Source of the DNA: Lytechinus pictus
Lineage: Eukaryota
Direction: 5' to 3'
Length of the DNA: 64,000 bases
Assembly: GCF_037042905.1 (NCBI RefSeq)
Contig: NC_087252.1
Location: 3,226,001 to 3,290,000, forward strand
A program made the position numbers and the translations under genes. Numbering within the stretch: the stretch's first letter is position 1; each line of letters begins with the position of its first letter. The notes under the pieces were generated by a model. That model saw nothing but the letters and a program-made list of their open reading frames with translations. It searched no databases and was not told the origin of the DNA. Shown in pieces: positions 25,467 through 39,142 of this stretch.

Positions 25467-26039
25467 TTAATAATTACAAAACTACTATACGCTTTACATG
25501 GACATCACCACCCTTCCCTCACATCATACAATCATGCCAGGGTCCCGTCTTAAAAGAAATTACGATTACTCTATGGAAATCCTTCTTCAGGAAATTTGCA
25601 CAATGTCCTCTGTAAACAAAAAGAAGCACGGTGATTTTTCAAGAAAACCATGAATACATGAATATACATCATACTTAGAAAATATGTTGAACACAAATGC
25701 ATAATAGATGATGGCGTTGCTGGCCGTCCATAGTTGTGATTGATCGCATCATCGCAACTTTTAGTAAGACGGGGCCGATGTTTCACAGGTACATGTATAT
25801 ACCGAGTAAAGAAGAGCCGAAAGAGAGCTCATCTCTCTCCCCTGCCAGAGGCTTTTCATGAATCTACAAGATGGTTATGGTATTAATAATGACGTTCAAC
25901 TATGATACAGATAATCTATAGATTCTTCTCACAATCATAAAAATGTGAGTTTTAAAAATGAAAAACCTAACATTCAGCATTACATGTTTATTATCTACAA
26001 TTACTTGCTAAATTGAAAATTGATGAATAGAAAATTTAC

Positions 26040-26120
26040 CTTCCGACTGTCCACATTTAGCAGTGCTTGAATGACTATACAGAAGTCTCGTTACAGGACT
26101 GTTTCCGACAGCTGTGGATT
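26040..26120 (-). CDS. IgSF receptor coding exon 5 (stalk repeat 2)
   Basis: 81 bp, phase 1-1, tttag acceptor and gtaaat donor; ESTAVGNSPVTRLLYSHSSTAKCGQSE. Confidence 0.7.
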
Positions 26121-26285
26121 CTAAATAGATAACATAAAACTCGTGTTAAAATGAAAATACACTTAACACCACACGAAAATGAAATGTGTAGATGAGATGA
26201 ACAAAATGATTGTATTAATGGTTATTGTGATTTGGATATTATATCAACCAGAAAATTCCACGTTGGTATCAATATTCATATTCAT

Positions 26286-26466
26286 CATAGTGGAGGTGCC
26301 GTGGCCTAGTAGTCTATACATTGAAAGTCCGGAGTTCGATCCCCGGCCGCGGTACCTATGCCCGTGAGCAAGGAATTTAATCTACAATGCTCTTTTATCC
26401 TGCTTTCAAATGAAAATGCTATGTGCATTACTGGTAAGTAGGTGTGCAATTGTCAAAAAAGAAAAG
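26286..26466 (+). mobile_element. tRNA-derived SINE (internally deleted)
   Basis: A box TGGCCTAGTAG, B box AGTTCGATCC, A-rich tail, 15-bp TSD AATATTCATATTCAT at 26271-26285 and 26467-26481. Confidence 0.75.
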
Positions 26467-26737
26467 AATATTCATATTCATGAGGATGATGATCTAAGAT
26501 TATATATCAATAATGATGAACATAATTATGATTTTACTGACGATGATTTTTTATATTAATAATGACGTCAGATTATGATAGATATAATTTCTAATTTCTT
26601 ATAATGATCATGAACATTTGAGTTCTTAAAATTTGCAAAACCTAACTAAAAAAGAATATTGTAGGTTAATATTTTAACAATTAAATGCTAAATAAAAAAA
26701 TCATATTCAAGAATATTAACCTTTCGACTGTCCTTAC

Positions 26738-26797
26738 CTGTGTTTGAATGACTATAGTACAGGCTCGTCATAGGACTGTTTCCGACAGTTTTGGGTT
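26738..26797 (-). CDS. IgSF receptor coding exon 4 (stalk repeat 1)
   Basis: 60 bp, phase 1-1, tttag acceptor and CAG|gtaagg donor; EPKTVGNSPMTSLYYSHSNT; paralog of 26040-26120. Confidence 0.65.
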
Positions 26798-27395
26798 CTA
26801 AATTACGTATTAAAAAACACGCGTTGACATGAAAATACATTCAACATCAGACGAAAATGTAATATGTAAATGAAATGTACAAGTCATGTACAAATTGAAA
26901 ACATGATGATAATAATAAAAACATAAATTATAAATGTGTTAAACGGTAATTTCCACTATGACGATTGTGAAGTGGAAACATGAATGAATAAATGCATGGT
27001 TATATATGCACTATTGCGCATTCGTAGATATTTACTGAATAAAAATCCGTAACAGTTTTCTCTTTTGCTCTTTGTAATTTTGAATCATAAACTACAATAT
27101 TTCGTTCATATTAAGTTTCAACTGTATCAAATTCTACACGAATCGAAGTAAATATTAAAAAGGGGGGTTAAATTTGAAACTATATAAGAATGACCCCAGT
27201 CCGTGTTTCGTCCTCCACAAAATATCTTTGTTTGATTGGATATACATGTAATGCAAAACAAATATATTTCTCACTTCCATCTGCATTATACAATGCACAA
27301 AAATGATATAGCAATATTTTAGGGTTATTTATTAGGGAATAATTTTAATTTCTTATAATAATTGTGTGAAGAAAAAAATATGTACACGAACTCAC

Positions 27396-27767
27396 CATGC
27401 GCACCCTCCTTTTTTATTATCACGGATGCATTGATTTGGCTGGAATTTTTGACGATACAAACGAGCTCTATTTCACCATCATCGTCATCCATATAAGTTG
27501 GTGAGAAGTCTATAGTTAGTGTTGGCAAAGCAAGTCTATTATCATTTGAGTCATTAAGAAGCTTTGGAGGTCGAACGATGTACCATAACATGATCATGCC
27601 CTTTGGAATCTCCCATTCCAGGTCCACAGGAAGTTTCACTGACGTATTGGTCTTACAGACTAACGTCTTGTTTCCCCCTTCTGCAACAACAATTGATCCT
27701 CCTTTCGGAATTAATTTATCATCCAGGTCGTATACATCTTCAACCAACATCAACCCTTTCGCTGGAA
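27396..27767 (-). CDS. IgSF receptor coding exon 3 (C2-like Ig domain)
   Basis: 372 bp, phase 1-1, tttactag acceptor and gtgagt donor; EGGNKTLVC...PVDLEW...LTIDF...DDGEIELVCIVKN shows the B-Cys, C-Trp, F-Cys pattern. Confidence 0.85.
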
Positions 27768-27959
27768 CTAGTAAATAACATTCGGAAGTAAGGACAATAC
27801 ATTATGTTTGTATAAAAAAAAATAATTTGATATCAATTATGTTTATATAATTAACAATCATATATTTGGGAAAGATCCAAATATACTCCAGACATTAAGC
27901 AGGTGAATTATTTTATTGAAATGCGTTTGGAATAGTGGCCTCAACTTCAAAGACATTTT

Positions 27960-28800
27960 TTGTTGAAATTTGAAGTATATGGTGTCTACTTTAAGAATCT
28001 GATGGGTGCCACCTGGCCACCCTTCTTTGTCAATAGTTTAACGTCATAGACTACGCCCACTTGTTCACGTACCTCTCAAATATGACTTTCATGTTTTACA
28101 GGATAAGCAAGTCATGTTTGGTATCAAATTAAAACAAATGAAAATCAAATGCAAATATAGGTCAGCTAAAGTTCATTTAAGGTCATATGTCATATTGCAT
28201 TAGAATGTAAGTAATACATATAGATGTCAAGCAAGTTATATGCATTATTTTTGCTAATAATCAAGTTGAGGGTGAGAATATTACGAATCCGATGAATGGT
28301 ACCTTGGCATCATGAGGAATTTCATTTTTTTCTGACGTTATAAACCACACCAACTTTCTTACATTCCTCCTAATTATGCATTTTCCATTGAGAGGGATAG
28401 ACACATCATGTTTAGTATAAAATTAAAGCAAATGCAAAATTCAGGGTCCGTGTCCAGGGTAATTAAAGTTCACTTAAGGTCATAAAAGGTCAAACTGGAT
28501 CTCAAAATGTAAGTAACTAATGCGGAATATATCAAAACAATTTCGATACAATAATATGCTCTTTATTGCTGCAAGAAAAATTTGATGGTGTGTATATCAA
28601 GAATCTATCGGGTACCACCTGCTCACCCTTTGGCACTAATGTCTGTTCTCAAACGTCATAAACCACGCCCACTTTTCAAATAGGCCTATACGTAATTATG
28701 ACAGAATGTGACATTTTAGAGAATATACCTATCGTGTTTGGTGTCTAATTAAAGCTTGTGGCAAGAGAAATGTAAAACTCAAGGTTAAAAGAGAAATTGA
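27960..28800. repeat. Three degenerate about 300-bp tandem units; related inverted fragments near 45340-45900
   Basis: Recurring gtcataaaccacgcccac...catgtttggtatcaaattaaagc...aaagttcatttaaggtcat. Confidence 0.55.
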
Positions 28801-30074
28801 ATACATGTCAAGTTTACCTAAAGTACATTTATTCTAATGATTGGTCAAATGCTGTCAATGAACTTTGCAAGACGTTAATTAAAACATGTATTATCATTAT
28901 GCTTGGTATCATATCACACAATTTTCTTAAATAAAAATACACAGTGTTTTTGTTTTATAAGTTTCAATAAAAACATATTAACTATAATCAAGGTCAGAGT
29001 CATGCACGGTAAAAAATGTATTACACACAAGTTCTGGTTTAAGATCGATCGTGTTAGAACTACATGTACCTAGGAATGTTACTTCTGAAACACAAGTTCA
29101 CATTTTAGAAAATTATCAAATTACATAAATTAAAAATTTTACACCATCCTGACACCGCTACATTTTTTCCGGTTCCTCTTCTGGAGACTCGTCTGATTCC
29201 ACCCGCCCCTCTCTCTTCAGTCTCACAGTGCTGCATGTTCAATTTCATTGTACTCTATTTATAATGACACAATGCTATTTACTATATACACCAAAGTAGC
29301 AAATGCTCGCTGTGGAACATGGTATCCCTGATTTGCATCCACATGGAACAAGTTCTAATAAATCCTTATTGGTAACCACTGTGCTATGAACAGATACAGT
29401 AATGCCCTTTTATTTTTTACGTCTCATTCATATATGGAAGGTATAATGTTGCAGGGGAGTCATTCAGATTAGTTGCTCTCCAGATAAAGCTCCTGAAGAA
29501 TATTGTAGCATAATGAGTTGTACCTTAAAGTTATATGTCATAATTTGATCGTAGAGGGTGATATTTTCATGATGTGATATTTGCGTTTATTGGAGAAGTA
29601 CGTCAGTTCGCTGGGAGCTGCGATGGCGTGCGGTTGTAAGATGTAAGCTCCGAATAAATCAAAATGAACTATATACTGAATATTTCCTAGGTTGCTTCAT
29701 TTGCATACTTTAGGGTGAGTGAGCGGGAGATTTGGTGTATTTCAGAGGAGTGAGAGAGTGTATCACGTTGCACAATAGACTTTTGTGAGCGAATCCGCCC
29801 CAAAGTGGATTTACAAGTGAGGAGAAGCGTGGACCGGGTTCTGGAGACTGCGAGACGGCAGAACGCTACCCCAACAGGGCCCGGTTCCGCCACACTGGTG
29901 GCAGCGGTGGGATATTACAACGTGGTACTGGAACACAACTAACTGTTGGCGCGCCTATGGATTTTCACCTATTGTAGAGCGCCTATACACATTAATGAAT
30001 AGCGCCTGGAAAGAGGCAAGAAGCGAGCGCCTACGTCGATGAAGGCGCCTGGAAAGAGGAAAGAAGAGAGCGCA

Positions 30075-30625
30075 TTGAGTGTGTGAGGCGGAGATAGCGC
30101 CTATACACGTTGGTGAATAGCGCCTGGAGAGAGGGCAGAGGAGAGCACCTACGGAGAGCGCCTGCGCCTGGAGAGAGGCAAGAAGAGAGCGCCTACGCCT
30201 AGAAAGGGTGCCTGGAGAGAGGAAAGAGAGCGCTTTGGGTGTATGTTGCGGAGATAGCGCCTCCACACGTTGGTGAATAACGCCTTGAGTGTGTGTGGCG
30301 GAGATAGTGCCTACACACGTTGATGAACAGCGCCTTGGGTGTGTGTGGCGAAGATAGCGTCTACACACGTTGGTGAATAGCGCATTGGGTGTGTGTGGCG
30401 GAGATAGCGCTATTCACCTACACACGTTGGTGAATAGCGCCTTAAGTGTGTATGCCGGATATAGCGCCGTCACACGTTGGTGAATGGCGCCTTGAGTGTG
30501 CGTGGCGGAGGTAGCGCCTGTACACGTTGGAGAATAGCGCCTTGAGTTTGTGTGGCGGAGATAGCGCCTATACACGTTGGTGAATAGCGCCTTGAGTGTG
30601 TGTGGCGGAGAAAGCGCCTATACAC
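30075..30625 (+). repeat. 50-bp minisatellite inside the LTR element
   Basis: Unit GAGATAGCGCCTACACACGTTGGTGAATAGCGCCTTGAGTGTGTGTGGCG at 30251, 30301, 30351, 30401 and onward. Confidence 0.9.
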
Positions 30626-31495
30626 GTGTACACGACAGCGTAGATAGCTCCTATACATGTAAATGTATAGCGCCTAGGAATTGCGCATGTGAGGGGCGCC
30701 TATGATGTTAGAGCGCCTACGGGGAGCGCCTGGAAACGGAGGAGCGACTTTTCCCTGCATATACGCTAGTGTATGTTGACTATGATGTTGACGTTTAATC
30801 TGGAGCTCGCCAACATGAGGCGGGACAGCAAAAATAGCTTAGAATTAATTGCAACTTACTAGAGTGTCGTCTGTGTACATAAGAAATAGTGTTCGAGTGT
30901 CGTCTGTGTACATAAGAAATAGTGTTGTATAAATGGCTGAACGAGTGGCTATGAAGAATCTGAAATCTGGATCTGAAATTCTGTGCAGGATAAGTCCGGG
31001 ATAAGTGCAGCGTGGAGATGGGGATCTCTGAACGTCGAAGAGAAGTACTTGTTGGATATGCAGATACTAGCAACGAGGGAACTGAATCTTTCCTATGATG
31101 GGAAGAAGCAAGTCATATTCCTGCTAGTGGGGTACTGCATTCAGGAAGCAGAGAAGAACTACTATCGGGCTCAAAATGAGTCATGGGCCATGGTAGTATT
31201 TCGGAGCTGCAACAGAACTTCTATGGGCGGAGATCAGGACGGATCATCGGGCACTTGGTTTGATCTTTGCAGAGGCAAGGGTGGTGCCGTGGAACTTGAC
31301 ATCAGCAATGAGCAGTTACCAACAGAAAGAACCTTCGATCAGGTAGATCTTGAAAGCAGAGCATCAGTCAGTCGACCGGTCCGATTGGTCAACGGTGGCT
31401 TCACAGTCTAGTGTGGAGAAGTCCTATTGGAGGATGCACAGCTAGAGATGAAGCAAGAGACACTCTACAAGAAGTAAGAGTGTGACCAAGGTCGG

Positions 31496-32015
31496 AATCA
31501 ACACAGGGAGCTCCCGCCCGCGCAGCGGGCGGGAGCCCAGGAGCTTACCGTGTATTTGACCATAGTCACCGGACTAGGGTGATTTATGGTCTAAATATTT
31601 CTCCAAATCAATTGTGAAACATAAAGTATACAATTACCACGATTATATGGATGAAGGTCTAACGAGTGGCAGTTTCCTGACATCTGGGCACAGACTGGAA
31701 CCTCAAAAAGCGAAAAGTTATCTCCTCTACCCCAGTCTCGATCGGCCATTTTGTTACAATTTTTAACAAAAATGGCCGATCGAGACGGGGGTAGAAGGAG
31801 AGAACTTTTCGTGTTTTTTTTTTTGAGGTTCCAGTCTGTGCCCAGATGTCAGGAAACTGCCACTCGTTAGACCTTCATCCATATAATCGTGGTAATTGTA
31901 TACTTTCTGTCTTCACAATTCATTTGGAGAAATATTTAGACCATAAATCACCCTAGTCCGGTGACTATGGACAAATACACGGTAAGCTCTTGCGCGGGCG
32001 GGAGCTCCCTGGATT
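31496..32015. mobile_element. About 520-bp almost fully palindromic MITE
   Basis: Arms CAGGGAGCTCCCGCCCGCGC... pair with few mismatches around a centre near 31758; flanking direct repeat AGGTCGG(AAT). Confidence 0.85.
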
Positions 32016-33163
32016 AGGTCGGAATGTAACCTGGCATTTGATGTTGTTCTTCAAATAGATAATTTGAAGGAATTGCGTTGGAATAGATGCACATCCGCTG
32101 GTTGTTACGGCAGGGTAACGCCTTGGCCTTCAAAGAAGTTTTTACAGAGAGATCGAGATAATGAAACGTAGTTCTAGACATGCGCCTTGAAGAAACCCCC
32201 AAGAAGAAATCCTCTAGTAATTAGAAATCCGCAGAGTAGATATTGGACATTAGTTTCGCTATAACTTTGTGCCAGAAACAGTTAGTAAAAGACTCTGACG
32301 CATTTGATTTTTGTATTCAAAATGTTTTTTTATGCATTGATGTATGCTTTACATTTTGCTTCCGTGTTTTCCTTTTCCTATTTTCTTTATTTTATCATTC
32401 TCATCTTGACATTTTCCTGATCTCAACTCTCTTTGCTCTTTCTATCTATTTCTGTATATAGATTATTTTGGTTGTTAATGTAAGAACGGTACTTCCTTTA
32501 TGTACTATGCCAATGTATATACCTGTATGCGTTTAACGATGTTTTAATGTTTTCTATACTTCTTGGAAAGAGCGATATAACATTTAAAGAAATTCATTTT
32601 TATGCTTTGTTGTTAATATACCTGGTCCGTGAACAGCCCAGACTTTGGGAGGGGATGTGTAGCATAATGAGCTGTACCGTAAAGTTATATGTCATAATTT
32701 GATCGCAGAGGGCGATATTTTTATGTTGTGATATTTGCGTTTATTGGAGAAGTACGTCAGTTCGCTGGGAGCTGCGATGGCGTGCGGTTGTACGATGTAA
32801 GCTATGAAGAAATCAAGTTGAACTGTATACTGAATATCTCCGAAGTTGCTTCATTTGCATAATTTAGGGTGAGTGAGCGGGAGATTTGGTGTGTTTCAGA
32901 GGAGTAAGAGAGTGTATCACGTTGCACAATATACTTTTGTGAGCGAATCCGCCCCAAAAGAGATATAAAAGTAAGGAGAAGCGTGGACCGGGTGCGAAAT
33001 TATTTTTCCCACCGAGTTATGGACCAATTATGAATATTCATGACTTGCGTCTTCGGATTAAGAGTACGCATGCGCGTGGACTCGACCAGTGCCGGTCGTA
33101 AGCATTCACGTTCAGTTGCTCAGAATGAATTAGCATCGTCAAATTACCGGTACCCTTACATAG

Positions 33164-36100
33164 TAGACGGGTCAATATACGACCAAAAATAGCCTTACCC
33201 GGAACAAATTGCAACAAATGATTTTTCAACGGTATTTTGTACTATTTGACCTCAGGAATAACATACTAAAAATCTACCAAAATCCGAACCCGGGAAAGTG
33301 GTTATTTTCAAGATGGCGTCCAAGATGGCCGCCATTCACTGAAAATTGATACAACTGACACATTATCCACTCTAGAATCCTATTTCGGTTCATATTCCAT
33401 GTTCTGGGGTTACAAAAACTGATTTAGGCTAGAATGAATTATAAGCCCTCCAGTGTACCAGGCAAATCCAAGATGGCGCCCAAAATGGCTGCCATATAGG
33501 CTGAAAATCAACAATTCATCTAAATTTGTTTTTATTCAATGGTTTTAAGGGTAAAATATTACGTCGAAACAAGTTATAAGGACAGCCAGTGGTCTGGTGT
33601 GTCCAAAAATCCAAGATGGCTTCCAAAAATGGAGTTTAAAATGGCTGTTGATAATTAAAATGGACATAGTTCATTTCATATCCGCCTGGGACATAATGAT
33701 TTGGTGCGAAGACCATGATTTCAATGGTCAAATAAGACATTGGGACAAGTTACAAACACAGTCAGTGGTCTAGTATGTAAAAAAATCCAAGATGGCCTCC
33801 AAGAATGGAATCGAAAATTGCTGTTGCAACTTCAAAAAATCCGTCATAGTTTGCTCAATGTCCAGAAATATGATTTTTGTGTCTTATACCATGGTTAAAT
33901 GGGTCGAATAATACATTGGGACAAGTTACAAGGAAAGTCAGTGGTCTGGTATGTGCAAAAATCCTCGATGGATTCTAGAAATTGATTCTGAAATGGCTGC
34001 TAATACTTAAAGCGGACGTAGCTCATTTCATTTTGGCCTGGGATATGTGATTTTGATGTCTAAACCACTGGTTTCAAGGGTCAAATAATATCTTAAGATA
34101 AGTTAAAAGGACAGTCAATGGTCTGGTTTGTCCAAAAATCGAATATGGCGTCCAAAAATTGGTCTTAAAAATATGCTGCTGATACTTAAAGTGGACAAAG
34201 CTCATTTTATATCGGCCTGGAAATGTGATTTTGGTGTCTAAACCACTAGTTTCAAGGATCAATTTATACATTAGGGCAAGTTACAAGGACAGTCAGTTGC
34301 CTGGTCGGTCAAAAAATCTAAGTTGGCTTCCAAAAATTGAATCTAAATTGACTGCTGCTACTTAAAGCGGACATAGCTTATTTTATATTGGCATGAGAGA
34401 TGCGATTTTGGTGTCTAAACCGCTGGTTTAAGGGCCAAAATAATACATTAGGACATGTTTTAAGGCCAGTCAGTGGTCTGGTATGACCAAAAATCCAATA
34501 TGGCTTCCAAAACTTGATTCATAAATGGCTGTTGATACTTAAAATTGGCATAGCTCATCTTAAATCCTCCTGTGAGATATGATTTCGGTGTCTAAACTAT
34601 GGTTTCAAGGGTCAAATTATATATTAGGACAAGACAATGGCAGTCAGTGGTCTAGTATGTCCAAAATTACAAGATGGCTTCCAAAAATGGAGTAAGAAAT
34701 GTCTGATGTTACTTATAAAAGGACATAGTTTGTTTAATATCTGTATGGGGAATATGAGTTTGGTGTTTAAAGCATGGTTTAAAAGGGTCAAGTAATACAC
34801 TAGGGTAAGTTACAAGACCAGTCAGTTGTCTGTATGTTAAAAAATCGAAGATTACTTCAAAAAATGGGGTGTAGATTGACTGTTGCTACCTAAAAGTATG
34901 CATAGTTTATTATAAATACACCTTGGAGGTATGATTTTACTGTCTATACTAGAGTTTACAGGGTCAAGCAATACATTGGGTTAAGTTGAACAGACAGTCA
35001 GGTGTCAGGTATGTCCAAAAATCAAAGATGGCTTTAAAAATGGGGGTCTTAAATGACTGCTGTTACGTAAAAGTGGATGTAGAACATTATAAATACACCT
35101 TGGGGATATTATTTTGGTGTCTACACTAGGCTTTCAAGGGTCAAACAATACTTTGGGACTGGTTACCAAGATATGCAGCTATCCATTTTGCCTTAAAATC
35201 AAAGTTGGCTTAAAAATGGGTTCTAAAGCATGTAAAGTGACTACTGCTCCATAAAATATCTACCTGTTAGGAATAATCTTGGTGTCTACACTTAAATGCA
35301 TGGGGACAAGTTATCATATTGCTTCATGAGTTAGTAACAGCACCCATTTTGATGAAATTTTAGAATCTATCATGGATTCTTTGACAAAATGGAGTACTAA
35401 CCATCCTGTTACTTGTCCGAGTGTATTATTTGACCCTTCATACCACAATTTGGACACCAACATTATTTCTTGCAGATGAATGTTGTAGAACTCTGACCAC
35501 TATTGAATGATATGAGTCGTTTTAGATTCCTTTTTTAAAAACCCTCTTGTGTTTTAGGCAAATTGGACAACTGCATATCAATGTAACCAGTCCAAACGTA
35601 TTATTTTAACCATGAAACCATAGTGTGGACACCGAAATCATATCTCCTAGGTGGATTTTAAATGAACTATGTCCATTTTTTAAGTAACAACAGTCATTTT
35701 AGACTCCGATTTTTGGAAGCTTTCTTAGATTTTCGACATACTGGACCACTGACTGTCCTTGTAACTAATTTTCTGCCTTTTGAAACCATGATATAGGCAA
35801 CAAAATCATATGCCCTTGACGAATAAAACATGAATTATGTCCATTTTTAAATACCATCGCGGCTGATTGATACTATTTTTTTAGCCACCGTAGACTTTTG
35901 GACATACTTGACCACCAATCGTCCTTGTAAAAGATCCCAATTTATTATTTGACCCATTTAACCATGGTATAGGCAAAAAAATCATATTCCAGGATATTGA
36001 ACAAACTATGTTGGGTTTTTTTTTTAGTAGCAACAGCATTTTTACTCCATTTTTGGAAGCCATCTTGGATTTTTGAACATACCGGACCACTGACTGTTCT

Positions 36101-36701
36101 TGTAACTTGTCCCAATGTATTATTTGACCATTGAAACCATGGTCTAGACACCAAATCACATCTCTCAAGTGGATGTGATATGAGCAATGTCCAATTTAAG
36201 GATTAATAGCCATTTTAAACTCATTTTTTGGAAACCATCTTTTATTTTTAGACACACCAGACCCACTGGCTGTCTTTGTAATTTGTCCCGATGTACTACT
36301 TCATCATTAAAACAATCGAATGGAAACCAAATTAAAGCCACTTAAGTAATAGATGAATTGTGGATTTTTTAAACTACGGCAGCCATTTTGGGCGCCATCT
36401 TGGATTTTCCTGGTACCCTGGAGTGCTAATATTCACTCTAACTTGTATAAATAAATTCTTTTACCCATTGGACCATGGAACATGAACCCAAATAGGATTC
36501 TAGGGTGGATAGTGAGTGAGTTATATCCATTTTTGGTGAATGGCGGCCATCTTGGACGCCATCTTGAAAATAACCATTTTCCCAGATGCGGATTTTGGTA
36601 GATTTTTAGTATGTTATTCCTGAGGTCAAATAGTACAAAATACCGTTGAAAAATCATTTGTTGCAATTTGTTCCGGGTCAAACCATATATTGACCCGTCT
36701 A
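33164..36701. mobile_element. Non-autonomous Academ-like element (family B) built of about 177-bp inverted tandem arrays
   Basis: TIR TAGACGGGTCAATAT, TSD TAG; units recur at about 33573, 33750, 33926, 34102, 34280 and onward, inverted after about 35330. Confidence 0.85.
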
Positions 36702-36734
36702 TAGTTACATAGGCCTTGCAGGCTTAGATCTGTA

Positions 36735-37608
36735 GGGGAAGGCGGGGTAAGTTGAGCATAGGGGCAAGTTGAGCCACCAGCCCCAGGCCAATAATGAATG
36801 AGTCAGACATTATGGTGGTGTCATTTATTGATGACCCATTACATAACCCTTAATCCCACCATATTGTTTTCAACTTTGGAACAAAAAGTACTTTTTTTAG
36901 AGTGACAAATACAAATTTCAGCCAAAAAAGTAGGAAAGGTGTGAAATAGATAACTGCTTTTTACCCACACACGTCTTTAAATATGATAAAGAAATAAGAA
37001 CAATATCGTTAGTCCAGGTATGGATTCTCATGCATGTCATAGTCTTTTACATGATGAATGCATAAAAATATGGATGGATGGATGTAAAAATATTGCATGA
37101 AGTTAAGACTGGGGTAAGTTGAGCCAGGCAACATGGGGCAAGTTGAGCCATGGTAATTCTTATGGTAATGTATAATATAAAAAAAAAATAAAAAAAAATC
37201 TTTAAAAAGCAATTGATACGCAGGCAGAAAGGAGCAAGGCCACATGACAGTTCTTTTACTTTTAGAGGATGTTGGTATTTATAGAGAATTGGCAAGTGAA
37301 AATACTTTTAATAAAAAAATGGCATACTGGTTCTTCCCGCATACATTTTGTACATAGTTTTTGTGGCTCAAATTACCCCAGAAGGTGGCACAACTTACCC
37401 CACATATGGGGCAAGTTGAGCCATTTGACATCGTTTTTTTTAAAGGTCACAATGACTTTCAGTGTGGGGGTAGGAAGTTATATATAGGTGAAAAATATTT
37501 CCCAAGAATCAAATTTAAAGGCAAGGTACTTATTTCTACAATATAATTATTCATATAAATTCTAACATGCAAAATGCAAAAAGTGTCACAACTTACCCCA
37601 CCTTCCCC
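36735..37608. mobile_element. Tc1/pogo-like MITE
   Basis: TA TSD, TIR GGGGAAGG(C/T)GGGGTAAGTTG, internal GGGGCAAGTTGAGCCA repeats. Confidence 0.85.
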
Positions 37609-37744
37609 TACATATATATATCCAATTCTTAAATACTTATCAACTAGCTGCCATTAATGGCAAGACATGTGCTAGGCGAGGGCTCGCTTAGGCTAGCACA
37701 TAACTTTACCTCAAATCTGGACCTGTCTTATGCCTAGTACTAAT

Positions 37745-38677
37745 CAGTGTTGTAGTGCCTTGATGCTCGGCCGTGGCCTTAAGGCCTACTTTTTTTCAAA
37801 GCCCTGGCCTTGAACATTCAAGCATTGACCTTGAGAGGGCCTTAATGGCCTTGAGGATTTTGAGCCTTGAAATTTCAAGGCATTTCCAAGGCATTTTCAA
37901 GGCCTTTTCAAGGCATTTTGTACTTTCATTTGTTTTAAATAAATGTTTCAATTTTCTTATATATTTAATGACACTAATGGTCAATACTACCAGTCACCAG
38001 TAACATTAGCAGCAGCAGTAGTAAGTGTACTATCAGTGTCATCAATTGTAATTGTCAAGAATTTTTAAACAAAGAATACATCAGTTATGAAAAATAGCAT
38101 TATGTATTGGTAATGTGTTGTAATCATGACTAATGATGATAATGACAGTAAATAATAATGATCATGATCAAGATAATAGTGCTTTGATGACAAGAATACG
38201 TTTTGTCATCTGACTGCAATTTTGACAACAATTTTCATACTTTAAACATAACTAACTCTAAAGAACGATAACAAGGTTGACTTCTATTCCATTAGGATTT
38301 TCCTTGTATTATTTTCTTTGGCCAACAAGAATGTTTTAAGTCTTGATGATATTCTGAAAAGATTTGGTAAACTTGAACCAGGGACGTGAGAGGGCTTCAA
38401 TTTTGTCATATCCAAATGGGTTATGCCAATGGCATGATGAGCCAGAAACTATGAGGGGCCAAGCATGGCATATAGAGCAAAATTTCTGTCAAAAAAAAGA
38501 AGAAAGCGATTAAAGCGAGCGAGTGAACAAAATTTATACCCCTCTTTCTATAGGAAAAGCTAATTTTGCAATAGATTGTTTAAAAAATAATCACAATTAC
38601 TCCATCTTCGGTTTTCATGCCCTTGCCTTGGGTATTGAAGACTTTACCTTGAGGTTAGAGCCTTGAGTACAACACTG
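37745..38677. mobile_element. Non-autonomous TIR element (CAGTGTTGTA ends)
   Basis: TIR CAGTGTTGTA/TACAACACTG, flanked by AAT, subterminal GCCTTGA repeats; absent from the opposite arm of the host element. Confidence 0.75.
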
Positions 38678-38872
38678 AATAGCCGACTAATGCCATGATT
38701 AACTTCGAACTGGTTAATTCCGATCTTTACGTTTAATTAGGTTTTATGTTAGCTTATTTGCCATGGTTTGTCTAGTCCGTATACAAAACCAGTCCTAGAT
38801 CTAAAAAAATTATCTTAGTTCGAGTCTAGTCTCTAGATCTAGACTCTGATCTACGCTGTATCAGCATGGAAC

Positions 38873-39139
38873 CACTAGTGTACCAAAGGGGGGGGGGGCA
38901 GACTGCCCCTCTGACGAGTCACAACTGATTCAGCGGACGTGCCCCCCCCCCCTTTGAGATGCCAAATTAATAATTTGTAATGTAAAATGCAATGAAAAGA
39001 CGTATGTCCCCTCTTTTGAACGTGAAGATCTTTTTTTTTTTTTTTTTTTTTGGGGGGGGGGGCTTGTCACATTTTTTCGCGGACGAAATTTCCTCCAGAA
39101 AATTTGCCCCCCTTTTGGAAAATCCTAAGTACGCCAGTG
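38873..39139. mobile_element. hAT-like MITE
   Basis: Ends CACTAGTGTAC / GTACGCCAGTG; 8-bp TSD CATGGAAC, whose right copy is split by the next insertion. Confidence 0.75.
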
Positions 39140-39142
39140 CAT

